Origin: Desulfobulbus sp.
Lineage (GTDB): Bacteria; Desulfobacterota; Desulfobulbia; Desulfobulbales; Desulfobulbaceae
Length of the DNA stretch: 64,000 nucleotides
Assembly: GCA_050255935.1 (NCBI GenBank)
Contig: JBFWIP010000002.1
Coordinates: 4,636 to 68,635, forward strand
Reading direction: 5' to 3'
Shown here piece by piece: positions 31,122 to 40,752 of this stretch (its first letter is position 1; every line of letters starts with the position of its first letter). Below the pieces are notes generated by a model. It worked only from the letters and a program-made list of their open reading frames with translations. It was not told the origin of the DNA and searched no databases. A program made the translations under genes and the position numbers.

Positions 31122-32090
31122 ATGAATATCATAATGTTGCTGGTCTGGATCCTGATCCTCTTTGCCGTGGTCATGCTCCATGTTGCCTATGCAACCTACT
31201 TTGAGCGCAAGATTATCGGCCATATGCAGGTCCGTGTCGGGCCGATGCGTGTGGGCTGGCATGGTCTTTTGCAGCCGATTGCCGATGGGGTGAAATCCTT
31301 TTTTAAGGAAGATATCATCCCGGAAAATGCCGATAAACCCACCTTCCTCGCCGCGCCTATTATCTGCCTGGTAGCGATGATGACCTCGCTTGCGGTATTG
31401 CCTTTTGCCAAGGGCTGGGTGCTGGCGGATATCGATATCGGCCTGCTCTTTATCTTTGCCATGAGTTCGCTCTCCAGCTACGGCATAGTCTTGGCTGGCT
31501 GGGCCTCCAACTCAAAGTACAGTTTTCTCGGCGGCTTGCGTTCCATGGCACAGGTGATCAGCTACGAGATCAGCATGGGGCTGAGCTTAGTTGGCGTCAT
31601 GCTCATGGCCGGATCGCTTAACCTGACCAAAATTGTCGAGGCCCAGGGAAATTCGTTTTTGGGTATGTATCTCATGCCCCAGTGCATTGGTTTTTTTGTC
31701 TTTTTTATCAGCATGTTGGCGGAAACCAACCGGGTGCCCTTTGACCTGCCCGAGGCTGAAACCGAGCTGGTTTCCGGCTACTGCACCGAGTACAGCGGTA
31801 TGCGCTACGCCATCTTCTTCATGGCCGAATATATCGGTATGATGGTCATGGCATCCGTTGCCACCATCTGCTATCTCGGCGGCTGGAACGGTCCCTTTGC
31901 TGTACCGTTTTTCCCGCCCCTGTGGTTCGTGCTCAAGGTATATCTGTTCATGTTCCTTTTTATCTGGATTCGGGCCACCTTGCCGCGTTATCGCTATGAC
32001 CAGCTGATGGATCTGGGATGGAAGCTGCTTATCCCGCTGGCCCTTGTGAATATTGTCCTCACGGCCTGTTTTCGGGCCATCCTGTGCTAA
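31122..32090 (+). CDS. nuoH: Complex I subunit H
   Basis: ERKIIGHMQVRVGP, GLLQPIADG, AETNRVPFDLPEAE, RATLPRYRYDQLM. Confidence 0.96.
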   Translation: MNIIMLLVWILILFAVVMLHVAYATYFERKIIGHMQVRVGPMRVGWHGLLQPIADGVKSFFKEDIIPENADKPTFLAAPIICLVAMMTSLAVLPFAKGWVLADIDIGLLFIFAMSSLSSYGIVLAGWASNSKYSFLGGLRSMAQVISYEISMGLSLVGVMLMAGSLNLTKIVEAQGNSFLGMYLMPQCIGFFVFFISMLAETNRVPFDLPEAETELVSGYCTEYSGMRYAIFFMAEYIGMMVMASVATICYLGGWNGPFAVPFFPPLWFVLKVYLFMFLFIWIRATLPRYRYDQLMDLGWKLLIPLALVNIVLTACFRAILC

Positions 32091-32113
32091 GAGGGAAGGG
32101 GGATTTAAAAAAA

Positions 32114-32752
32114 ATGTACGTCCAATACAAACCAAAACGCGGCTGGCTGGGGACCATCTTTCAGGTGGAGATCCTTCAGGGCATGGCCTTGACCCTGAAG
32201 CGGCTTTTTTCCAAGCCTATTACCCGCCAGTACCCGGATGTCAAGCCGGTGATTCGCCCCGGATTTCGTGGCCAGCATGCCCTGGTGCGTGATCCCGAGA
32301 CCGGAGATTGCAAGTGCATCGGCTGCATGCGTTGTGCCATGGCCTGTCCGTCGCGCTGCATCCGCATCCGTTCGCACAAGGACAAGGCGCCCGGCAGCCG
32401 GCGGGTTATCGACTGTTACCGGATCGAGGCCCTGCGCTGTGTTTATTGCGGCTACTGCGAAGAGGTCTGTCCGGTCAATGCCATCGTCCTTACCGAGGTG
32501 TACGAATACGGTTCGTATGATCGGCCCTCCCTCTACTTCACCCGCGAGCAGTTGCTGGCCAACTGGGACCGGTTTGTAGAGGAGAAGGGCGTGGATATCG
32601 ATGGTTATGTCAATCCCTTCTGGCGACCGCGTGGTCTGGCCGAAGCGGATCTGCCTGCACCCAAGCGTCTCTCGGTATCAGCCGAGTGGAGCGGTGAGGA
32701 GCAGGTCGTGGGACGGAAATGGAGGCAGCATCAGGCTGCACAAAAAGACTGA
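32114..32752 (+). CDS. nuoI: Complex I subunit I (2x[4Fe-4S]) with C-terminal extension
   Basis: FRGQHAL, CIGCMRCAMACP, CVYCGYCEEVCP. Start reassigned to ATG 32114. Confidence 0.93.
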   Translation: MYVQYKPKRGWLGTIFQVEILQGMALTLKRLFSKPITRQYPDVKPVIRPGFRGQHALVRDPETGDCKCIGCMRCAMACPSRCIRIRSHKDKAPGSRRVIDCYRIEALRCVYCGYCEEVCPVNAIVLTEVYEYGSYDRPSLYFTREQLLANWDRFVEEKGVDIDGYVNPFWRPRGLAEADLPAPKRLSVSAEWSGEEQVVGRKWRQHQAAQKD

Positions 32753-32767
32753 ACAAAGAGGGTATCG

Positions 32768-33343
32768 ATGTTTCTTCAGTTGTTTTTCATCTATTGCGCG
32801 CTGATGATCGTTTTCAGCGGTATTCTCGCCATCAGCCTGCGCAATCCGGTCCACTGTGTGCTCATGGTCCTGGTGCTCTTTTTTCACATGGCCGGGCTCT
32901 ATCTCACCTTGAATGCCGAGTTTCTGGCAGCGGTGCAGATCATTGTTTATGCAGGTGCGATCCTGGTGCTTTATCTCTTTGTCCTTTTTCTCGTCAGTCT
33001 CCGGGAAGAGTTGCACATGGATGCCTTTATTCCCAGCCCGTGGTTGGGGCGGGCAATCGCCACCGGCCTTGCTCTGGGGCTGCTTTACGCCTTGCCTTCC
33101 TTCACCCCGGGAGCCAAGGGCACCTGGGACGTGGAATCGGTCCGCAAGCTGACCCATACCGTGGTCATGGGGCAAGAAATGTATTCGACCTATCTGTTGC
33201 CCTTTGAGATTGCCGGTCTGATTTTACTCGTTGCCCTCATCGGCGGCTTGGTGCTTGCTCGTCGAGACCAGGGCTACCCGATTGAGACCCAAGAATCCAT
33301 GACAGACGGCGATGGTGTTGCCTGCAAGGAGGTGGCGCAATGA
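32768..33343 (+). CDS. nuoJ: Complex I subunit J
   Basis: NPVHC, AEFLAAVQIIVYAGAILVLYLFV, PFEIAGLILLVALIG. Confidence 0.95.
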   Translation: MFLQLFFIYCALMIVFSGILAISLRNPVHCVLMVLVLFFHMAGLYLTLNAEFLAAVQIIVYAGAILVLYLFVLFLVSLREELHMDAFIPSPWLGRAIATGLALGLLYALPSFTPGAKGTWDVESVRKLTHTVVMGQEMYSTYLLPFEIAGLILLVALIGGLVLARRDQGYPIETQESMTDGDGVACKEVAQ

Positions 33344-33642
33344 TTCCTCTTTCCTGGTATATGGCCCTGGCTGTCGTTTTGTTTGCCATCGGGGTCTGCG
33401 GCTTTCTCACCCGACGCAACGTGATCATCATGTTTCTTTCCTTGGAGCTGATGCTCAACGGGGTGAACCTGAACCTGGTGGCTTTGAGCCATTTTATGGA
33501 CAGTGTCCGGGGGCAGGCCTTCACCTTTTTCATCATAACCGTTGCCGCCGCCGAGGCTGCCATCGGATTAGGTATCGCCATTTCCCTGTATCGTAGTCGT
33601 CGTTCGGTCCATGTAGATACGCTGAATCAACTCAAAGGATAA
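33340..33642 (+). CDS. nuoK: Complex I subunit K
   Basis: RRNVIIMFLSLELMLN, VAAAEAAIGL. Confidence 0.96.
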   Translation: MIPLSWYMALAVVLFAIGVCGFLTRRNVIIMFLSLELMLNGVNLNLVALSHFMDSVRGQAFTFFIITVAAAEAAIGLGIAISLYRSRRSVHVDTLNQLKG

Positions 33643-33646
33643 GCAT

Positions 33647-35569
33647 ATGCCGGCCTCTCTGCTTGCCATTCCACTTCTGCCGCTGGCCTCCTTCGTTGTA
33701 ACCCTGTTACTGGGTAAACGCTGGGGAACCAAGGCTCACTGGCTGCCGATCATCACTGTACTGCTCTCATTTTGCTGTGCCTTGGTTGCCTTTTTTCGAG
33801 TGCGCTCCGGTGTGATCATCAATGAGGATATTTACACTTGGATTCAATCCGGTGACCTCAATGTTTCGGTGGGGTTCCTCGTTGACCAACTGACCTCGGT
33901 CATGCTCATCGTGGTTACCAGCATCAGTGCCTTGGTCCATATCTACTCCGTGGGCTACATGAAGGGCGAAGACGGGTACTGCCGTTTTTTTGCCTATCTG
34001 AGCCTGTTTACCTTCTCCATGCTCATGCTGGTGCTGGGCAACAACTTCCTGCAGCTCTTCTTTGGTTGGGAGGCGGTTGGTCTTTCGTCCTACCTGCTGA
34101 TTGGTTTTTACTACAACAAGCCATCTGCGGCGGATGCGGGGAAGAAAGCCTTTATCGTCAACCGTTTCGGCGATTTCGGCTTCATCCTCGGCCTCTTCCT
34201 CATCTTTACCCAGTTCGGCAGCCTCCACTATCAGGATGTATTCAGCAAAGCCGGCATCCTCGAAGGCCAGAGTTTGTCGCTGTTCGGCTCGCCCGTGGGG
34301 ATGGCCACCGTTATTGCCCTGTTGCTCTTCTGTGGCGCGATCGGCAAATCCGCCCAGATTCCTTTGCATGTCTGGCTACCCGATGCCATGGAAGGCCCGA
34401 CGCCGGTCAGTGCCCTGATCCATGCCGCGACCATGGTCACCGCCGGTGTGTTCCTCATCGCCCGCTGTCATCCGATCTTTGAGCTCTCGGAATTTACCCT
34501 CAACCTGATCACCATTCTGGCGACCATCACCACCCTGTTTGCCGCCACCATTGCCCTGGTGCAGACCGACATCAAACGGGTTGTTGCCTACTCCACCGTC
34601 AGCCAGTTGGCTTACATGTTCATCGCCTGCGGTGTCGGCGCCTATTCGGCCGGTGTTTTCCACCTGTTCACCCATGCCTTCTTCAAGGCGTTGCTCTTTT
34701 TGGGCTGTGGCTCTGTAATTCTGGGCATGCACCATGAACAGGATGTCCGCTTTATGGGCGGGCTCAAGTCCAAGATGCCGATCACCTACTGGACCTTTCT
34801 CCTCGCTTCGCTTTCCATCTCCGGTGTTCCAGGGCTATCCGGTTTTTTCAGCAAGGATGAGATTCTGCTCATGGCCTTTAACAGCCATCTGGCCTCCGGC
34901 AAGTTTGCCTGGTTTATCGGTACGTTGGTCGCATTTATGACCGCCTTTTACTCCTTCCGTCTCTTCTTTCTCATCTTCCACGGCCAGTTCCGGGGGACCG
35001 AGCACCAGAAGGAGCATCTCCATGAATCAGCGGCTGTGGTGACTCTACCGTTAATACTGCTGGCCATCGGAGCCGTGGCTGCCGGTTGGTTCGGCATCCC
35101 TGGAATACTTGGCGGCGACAACCACTGGGCCCATTTTCTTGAGCCGGTACTCGGCCATCCGCATGTCACTGTCTCCGGAACCACCGAGGCCCTGCTCATG
35201 GGTACCTCCATCCTTGCCGGTGTACTGGGGATTGGCCTGGCCTTTTTTATGTACCGCTTACAACCGCAGGTTCCCGGAATCATTGCCGCGCGCTTTGCCT
35301 TTATTTACCGCTTACTGTTGAACAAATATTACGTGGATGAATTCTATATCAACACCATCGTCAAACCGACCCTGGCCTTTAGCCAAAAGGTGGTTCTGAA
35401 GATTGTCGATATCGGCTGTATCGAAGGGGTTGTCAACGGGCTGCCTCGGGCCATCGGTAATGCATCACAGCAGCTGCGAAAAATCCAGGATGGTCAAGTT
35501 TCCCATTACCTCGCCTGGATGGGAGGCGGTGCCTTGGTGGTGATAGTGGTTTTGTTAATAGGCAATTAA
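33647..35569 (+). CDS. nuoL: Complex I subunit L (antiporter-like)
   Basis: GWEAVGLSSYLLIGF, GKSAQIPLHVWLPDAMEGPTPVSALIHAATMV, THAFFKALLF; C-terminal HL helix region. Confidence 0.96.
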   Translation: MPASLLAIPLLPLASFVVTLLLGKRWGTKAHWLPIITVLLSFCCALVAFFRVRSGVIINEDIYTWIQSGDLNVSVGFLVDQLTSVMLIVVTSISALVHIYSVGYMKGEDGYCRFFAYLSLFTFSMLMLVLGNNFLQLFFGWEAVGLSSYLLIGFYYNKPSAADAGKKAFIVNRFGDFGFILGLFLIFTQFGSLHYQDVFSKAGILEGQSLSLFGSPVGMATVIALLLFCGAIGKSAQIPLHVWLPDAMEGPTPVSALIHAATMVTAGVFLIARCHPIFELSEFTLNLITILATITTLFAATIALVQTDIKRVVAYSTVSQLAYMFIACGVGAYSAGVFHLFTHAFFKALLFLGCGSVILGMHHEQDVRFMGGLKSKMPITYWTFLLASLSISGVPGLSGFFSKDEILLMAFNSHLASGKFAWFIGTLVAFMTAFYSFRLFFLIFHGQFRGTEHQKEHLHESAAVVTLPLILLAIGAVAAGWFGIPGILGGDNHWAHFLEPVLGHPHVTVSGTTEALLMGTSILAGVLGIGLAFFMYRLQPQVPGIIAARFAFIYRLLLNKYYVDEFYINTIVKPTLAFSQKVVLKIVDIGCIEGVVNGLPRAIGNASQQLRKIQDGQVSHYLAWMGGGALVVIVVLLIGN

Positions 35570-35614
35570 CCCCTTTGGCGACACCGTCCTGAACCTAAAC
35601 CTCATGTGAAAAAC

Positions 35615-35650
35615 GGCTTTTCGGAAAAGAGGATTTTCTTTCCAAAAAGC
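35615..35650. other. Intergenic stem-loop between nuoL and nuoM
   Basis: GGCTTTTcGGAAAAGA...TCTTTCCaAAAAGCC inverted repeat. Confidence 0.55.
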
Positions 35651-35693
35651 CTGTAGAAAATGCATTGAACCCTTACCTGTGGAAGTATCATCG

Positions 35694-37208
35694 ATGTCCA
35701 TACCTTTGCTCAGCACTCTGATCTTCTTCCCGGTCCTTGGCGGCCTGTCGCTGCTGGCTATTCCAAGGCAGCAGACGGCTACCATCAGGCTCATGGCACT
35801 GTTTATCAGTCTGATCGAATTGCTCTTAACCCTCCCGGTGGCGTTGATGTTCGACAAAACCACCCACGCGATGCAGTTTGTCGAGCATCATCCGTGGATC
35901 GAGGCATTGAACATCAACTACTCACTGGGAATCGACGGGATCAGCGTCTTGTTTCTCCTCCTAACTGGATTGATCATTGTTCTTTCCATTCTCGTTTCCT
36001 GGGAGTCGATCAAAACCAAGGTGCAGGAGTTCTTCGTCGCCCTGTTGCTTCTTGAAGGGGCAATGATGGGTGTGTTCTGTGCCACTGATTTTTTCTTGTT
36101 CTATATTTTCTGGGAGGCCATGCTCATTCCGATGTATCTTCTCATCGGTATCTGGGGCGGTCCCAACCGGATTTACGCCACGGTTAAGTTCTTCCTCTAT
36201 ACCCTGGTCGGCAGTCTCCTGATGCTGGTCGGCATTATCCTTTTGTACCAGAACGGCGGGCACACCTTTGATGTGATCAAATTGGCCGGACAACACTATT
36301 CACCTAAACTACAGCTCATCTTGTTTTGGGCCTTTTTTGCCGCTTTCGCGGTCAAGGTGCCGATGTGGCCGCTGCACACCTGGTTGCCCGACGCCCATAC
36401 CGAGGCTCCGGCCGCTGGTTCGGTCATTCTCGCCGGTATTCTGATTAAGATGGGGGCCTACGGCTTTCTCCGGTTCTCCCTGCCCATTTTGCCCGATGCC
36501 ACCCAGCAGATGCTGATGCCGATGCTGGTCCTCTCCGTGATTGCCATTGTTTACGGCGCAATCATCTGTTTGGCCCAAACCGATCTTAAGCGGCTGATCG
36601 CCTACAGCTCGGTGAGTCACATGGGCTTTATTACCCTGGGCCTTTTCGCCCTCAACCAACGTGGCCTTGAGGGCGCAATCCTGCAGATGATCAACCACGG
36701 TATCGTCACCGGGGCGCTGTTCCTTGCCATCGGTATGATCTACGAGCGGACACACACCCGGGAAATCGCCGCTTATGGTGGCCTCGCCTCGACCATGCCG
36801 GTTTTTGCCGGATTTTTTCTCCTTTTTACTCTGGCTGCGGTTGGCCTTCCCGGAACCAACGGGTTTGTCGGTGAATTTTTGATATTATTGGGAGGCTTTG
36901 AACGTCAACCCTGGGTAACGGTGGTTTCTGCCTCCGGTCTCATTCTCGGTGCCTGGTACATGCTCTGGCTCTATCAGCGCATTTTTTTCAACGAGGTCAA
37001 GGCGTCCATGCATGGGCTTATGCAGCTGAACTTGCGTGAAATTCTCACCTTGGTGCCCATGGTCCTGCTCATTTTCTGGGTCGGATTGTATCCCAACGCC
37101 TTGCTCAGTTTTATGCACACCTCGGTGATGCACCTGATTGAGCAGGTGCAGGGTGGTGTTGCCCTTGCCGGTCCGGCTCTTTCCTCCAACCTCACCCTGT
37201 ATCCCTAA
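35694..37208 (+). CDS. nuoM: Complex I subunit M
   Basis: FWEAMLIPMY, KVPMWPLHTWLPDAHTEAP, LKRLIAYSSVSHMG, PGTNGFVGE. Start ATG 35694. Confidence 0.96.
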   Translation: MSIPLLSTLIFFPVLGGLSLLAIPRQQTATIRLMALFISLIELLLTLPVALMFDKTTHAMQFVEHHPWIEALNINYSLGIDGISVLFLLLTGLIIVLSILVSWESIKTKVQEFFVALLLLEGAMMGVFCATDFFLFYIFWEAMLIPMYLLIGIWGGPNRIYATVKFFLYTLVGSLLMLVGIILLYQNGGHTFDVIKLAGQHYSPKLQLILFWAFFAAFAVKVPMWPLHTWLPDAHTEAPAAGSVILAGILIKMGAYGFLRFSLPILPDATQQMLMPMLVLSVIAIVYGAIICLAQTDLKRLIAYSSVSHMGFITLGLFALNQRGLEGAILQMINHGIVTGALFLAIGMIYERTHTREIAAYGGLASTMPVFAGFFLLFTLAAVGLPGTNGFVGEFLILLGGFERQPWVTVVSASGLILGAWYMLWLYQRIFFNEVKASMHGLMQLNLREILTLVPMVLLIFWVGLYPNALLSFMHTSVMHLIEQVQGGVALAGPALSSNLTLYP

Positions 37209-37262
37209 GCGGTTTCAAGCCATGCCTGATCCCTGCATCATTGTTTATAAGGAGCTGATACG

Positions 37263-38705
37263 ATGACAACTGTGGCTATACAATGGACCGCCATGGAGCC
37301 CATCCTTCCCGAGCTGTTGCTGGTCGGCATGGCGGTCATGCTAATCGGATGCGATCTTTTCCTCCCCAAACAGCGGCAACTTTTACCCTGGCTGACCGTG
37401 GTTGGCTGCGTCGCTGCCTTGGCAATGGTGCTTGGTTCGCGGCCGACCATGGCGTTTGGCGGCATGTTTTTGGTCGATGGCTATGCCACCGTGTTTAAAA
37501 CGATCTCTTTGGGGGCCGTCATCCTCACGACCTTGATGAGTGAGCATTTTTGCCGCCTCATTGGCCTGCGCCAGGGGGAATACTACTCGCTCATGATGCT
37601 TTCCCTGGTCGGGATGCTGCTAATGGCCTCGGCTGGTGATCTGATGGTGCTCTACCTCGGCCTAGAGCTGATGGCTCTGCCGGTCTACGCCTTGGTGGGC
37701 ATGCATAAAAAAGACGGTCGCACCAGCGAGGCTGCAATCAAATATTTTCTTATGGGTGGTTTTGCCTCAGCCCTGCTACTCTTTGGTCTCTCGCTTCTCT
37801 ACGGACTCACCGGAACCACCGAAATTGCCCAGATCGCTGAATTCATTTCCAACGGTTCCTTGGTTGCGAGCCCGATTTTACTCGCGGCCCTGGGGCTGAT
37901 CATTGCCGGATTTTCCTTCAAGGTGGCGGCGGCCCCGTTTCATCTCTGGACCCCGGATGTCTATGAGGGGGCGCCGACCATTGTCACCGCCTTCATGTCG
38001 GTTGGGCCCAAAGCAGCCGGTTTTGCTATATTCGGAAGGGTACTGTTTTTGGGGTTGTCCGGATTGCAGGCTCACTGGGGGCCGGTCCTGGCCGTGCTTG
38101 CCCTGTTGACCATGGCTGTGGGCAATATTACCGCCCTCAGCCAGACAAGCCTCAAACGGATGCTCGCCTACTCTTCCATTGCCCATGCCGGTTATGCCCT
38201 GCTAGGACTTTTGGCCGGCACCACCGAGGGCATGGCTGCCACCATGACCTACCTTATGGTCTACCTGTTCATGAACCTGGGCGCCTTTGGTATTCTCATG
38301 GCCCTGGCCCAACCGGGAAAAACCTGTGAATCGTTCGATGACTGCAAGGGCTTGGCCACGCGGAATCCTCTGGCTGCGGCCCTGATGCTGGTCTTTCTTT
38401 TCAGCCTCACCGGTATTCCGCCGACCGGTGGTTTTATCGGTAAATTTTACCTGCTCAAGTCGGCCTTCACTGCTGGCTATACCCTAACTGTGGTTGCAGC
38501 GGTGCTGTTCTCGGCCATCTCTGCCTACTTTTATCTGCGGGTGGTGCGATATATGTATATGAACGATCCCCAGGAAGAGACAACCGTGACCTTGGTGCCG
38601 GGAATGAAGGTCGCCCTAGGACTATGTTTATTGGGAGTTCTCGGTTTGGGATTGTTCCCCGGGACCCTGGTGAATTGGACGATCTCCGCCCTGATTGGCA
38701 TGTGA
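37263..38705 (+). CDS. nuoN: Complex I subunit N
   Basis: EAAIKYF, FKVAAAPFHLWTPDVYEGAP, KRMLAYSSIAHAGY, GIPPTGGFIGK. Confidence 0.96.
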   Translation: MTTVAIQWTAMEPILPELLLVGMAVMLIGCDLFLPKQRQLLPWLTVVGCVAALAMVLGSRPTMAFGGMFLVDGYATVFKTISLGAVILTTLMSEHFCRLIGLRQGEYYSLMMLSLVGMLLMASAGDLMVLYLGLELMALPVYALVGMHKKDGRTSEAAIKYFLMGGFASALLLFGLSLLYGLTGTTEIAQIAEFISNGSLVASPILLAALGLIIAGFSFKVAAAPFHLWTPDVYEGAPTIVTAFMSVGPKAAGFAIFGRVLFLGLSGLQAHWGPVLAVLALLTMAVGNITALSQTSLKRMLAYSSIAHAGYALLGLLAGTTEGMAATMTYLMVYLFMNLGAFGILMALAQPGKTCESFDDCKGLATRNPLAAALMLVFLFSLTGIPPTGGFIGKFYLLKSAFTAGYTLTVVAAVLFSAISAYFYLRVVRYMYMNDPQEETTVTLVPGMKVALGLCLLGVLGLGLFPGTLVNWTISALIGM

Positions 38706-38711
38706 TCGGTA

Positions 38712-38747
38712 AGTAAAGGCCGGTTGAGAATTTTACCGGCCTTTACT
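38712..38747. terminator. Bidirectional terminator between nuoN and parC
   Basis: AGTAAAGGCCGGT-N10-ACCGGCCTTTACT perfect 13-bp stem between convergent genes. Confidence 0.8.
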
Positions 38748-40752
38748 CGTCCTTGTCGCCGTTCACAAAGCCGGGCAGCCCAAGTGGGCTGACCGGCTCT
38801 TTTTTTGCGGTGCCGGTAATATCGGTGACCCGGCGCACGGAGCGGTTGGCCACCCGTTTGCCCTTGGCCGAAACTCCTTTAATCAGGTAATCGTCAAACT
38901 CGACCTCAACTGCATTGTATTTGGCTCGGGCCGAGGGTGCGAGGCTGACGCGAGACCTGATGCCTTCTTTGCCAAGCAAAAGCAGAAGGATGATGGAGCG
39001 TTTATGCTCATCAAAGAGCCGGTATTCACGGTTGAGGATGAACTTCGGGGTGGCAAAACGTTTGACGTAGGCCAGGTTTTCCGGGCCGTGGCGATAGATG
39101 AGATTAAAGACCTGATCGTTTTTAACCACGCCCATATAGTACAACTCCGGTCCGACAAAGAGCTTATCCGGGACCGGTACCACCTTGTACAACCCATCCT
39201 TGAAGATAAGGAGTAAGCGGTCGTACTCTGAGCAGTTGAGTTCCATATCCTTGGTCGCGTCTTCCGCCTTAATCTTGTGGCCAACGAAGCCGGTTTCCCG
39301 GTGGAAGCCAACGCAGAGGTCGGCTGCAGCGGCTGCCCGGGCATCGACCTCATCAAAGGCGCGCAGTTCACTTTTGCGGGGAAATTCAGGCCCGTACTTT
39401 TCCTTTATCCCTTCGATGTAATTGATGGTGTAGCCGACCATGTCCTTGAGGTGTTTTTTAATCTGGGCAATGGCCTTTTCAATATCGTGCAGTTCTTTTT
39501 GCTGCCGGTTGATGTCGTAGCGGGAGATGCGCCGGATCTTGATTTCCAGGAGCCGTTCCACATCCTCAATAAGGATGGCGCGTTTCAACTCACCGGCAAA
39601 GGGTTCAAGCGACTGGCGAACCGTGGCCTGCACCTCTTTGTAGTTGGTTTTCTCCTCAATCTGTTTGTAGAGCCGTTCTTCAATGAAGATCTGCTCTAAC
39701 TTGCGCGCATGCCACTTATCCTCCTGGCGCCCCAGTTCGATCCTCAGTTCCTTTTCAAGGTTGGCCACCAGCCGATCGGTATTGCGCCTGAGAATCTCCT
39801 CCACCTCCATCTGCCTGGGCATGTTGTCGGCAATGGAGATCAGACTGGGGGAAACGCTCAGTTCGCAGTCGGTAAAGGCGTAGAGGGCGTCAATGGTCTC
39901 CTCGGCCATGATACCGCGGGCGAGCTTGATCTCCACCTCCACCTTTTCCGCAGTGTAATCATTGATCGATGAAATTTTGAGTTTGCCGGCCTTGGCCGCT
40001 CTTTCCACCGATTCGATCAGGTTTTGCGTGGTGATGTTGTAGGGCAGTTCGGTAATGACAATGGTTTTCTCGTCCGGCTGTTGCAACTTGACCCGGCAAT
40101 TGATGCGGCCGTTGCCGTGGTTGTAGTCGGATACATCGATAATGCCGCCGCGGGGAAAATCCGGGTAGAGGAGAATCTCCTCGCCACGGAGGTGGTCGAT
40201 CTGGGCCTGGAGCAGTTCGTTCAAGTTATGAGGCATGATCTTGGTTGCCATGCCCACGGCAATACCTTCGGCGCCCATCAGGAGGAGAAGAGGTATCTTG
40301 GCCGGTAGACGTACCGGTTCCAGCATGCGGCCGTCATAGGATTCGACAAATTCGGTCAGATCCTTGTTGAACAGGGTCTCTCGTGCCAAGGGCGACAAAC
40401 GGCATTCGATATAACGGGGCGCCGACGCCGAATCGCCGGTAAAGATGTTGCCAAAGTTACCCTGGCGATCGATGAGATAGCCCTTGTTGGCCAGGTTGAC
40501 CAGGGCATCGAAGATCGACTGATCACCATGGGGATGGAGCTTCATGGTCTCGCCGACCACGTTAGCCACCTTGTGGAAACGGCCATCATCCATGTTGTGG
40601 AGGGTCTGGAGGATACGCCGTTGCACCGGTTTGAGGCCGTCATCCACATCCGGGATGGCGCGCTCGCGGATAACATAGGAGGTGTAATCGAGGAAGTTGG
40701 CGTCAAAGAGTTGGTGCAGTTTGCCGCGTTCCCGTTCAGTGGTTTCGCTCAT
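38743..40752 (-). CDS. parC: DNA topoisomerase IV subunit A
   Basis: DGLKPVQRR, HPHGD, catalytic APRYIE, GIAVGMAT. Short 669-aa form with no GyrA-box. Confidence 0.85.
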   Translation of the reverse strand: MSETTERERGKLHQLFDANFLDYTSYVIRERAIPDVDDGLKPVQRRILQTLHNMDDGRFHKVANVVGETMKLHPHGDQSIFDALVNLANKGYLIDRQGNFGNIFTGDSASAPRYIECRLSPLARETLFNKDLTEFVESYDGRMLEPVRLPAKIPLLLLMGAEGIAVGMATKIMPHNLNELLQAQIDHLRGEEILLYPDFPRGGIIDVSDYNHGNGRINCRVKLQQPDEKTIVITELPYNITTQNLIESVERAAKAGKLKISSINDYTAEKVEVEIKLARGIMAEETIDALYAFTDCELSVSPSLISIADNMPRQMEVEEILRRNTDRLVANLEKELRIELGRQEDKWHARKLEQIFIEERLYKQIEEKTNYKEVQATVRQSLEPFAGELKRAILIEDVERLLEIKIRRISRYDINRQQKELHDIEKAIAQIKKHLKDMVGYTINYIEGIKEKYGPEFPRKSELRAFDEVDARAAAAADLCVGFHRETGFVGHKIKAEDATKDMELNCSEYDRLLLIFKDGLYKVVPVPDKLFVGPELYYMGVVKNDQVFNLIYRHGPENLAYVKRFATPKFILNREYRLFDEHKRSIILLLLLGKEGIRSRVSLAPSARAKYNAVEVEFDDYLIKGVSAKGKRVANRSVRRVTDITGTAKKEPVSPLGLPGFVNGDKDE

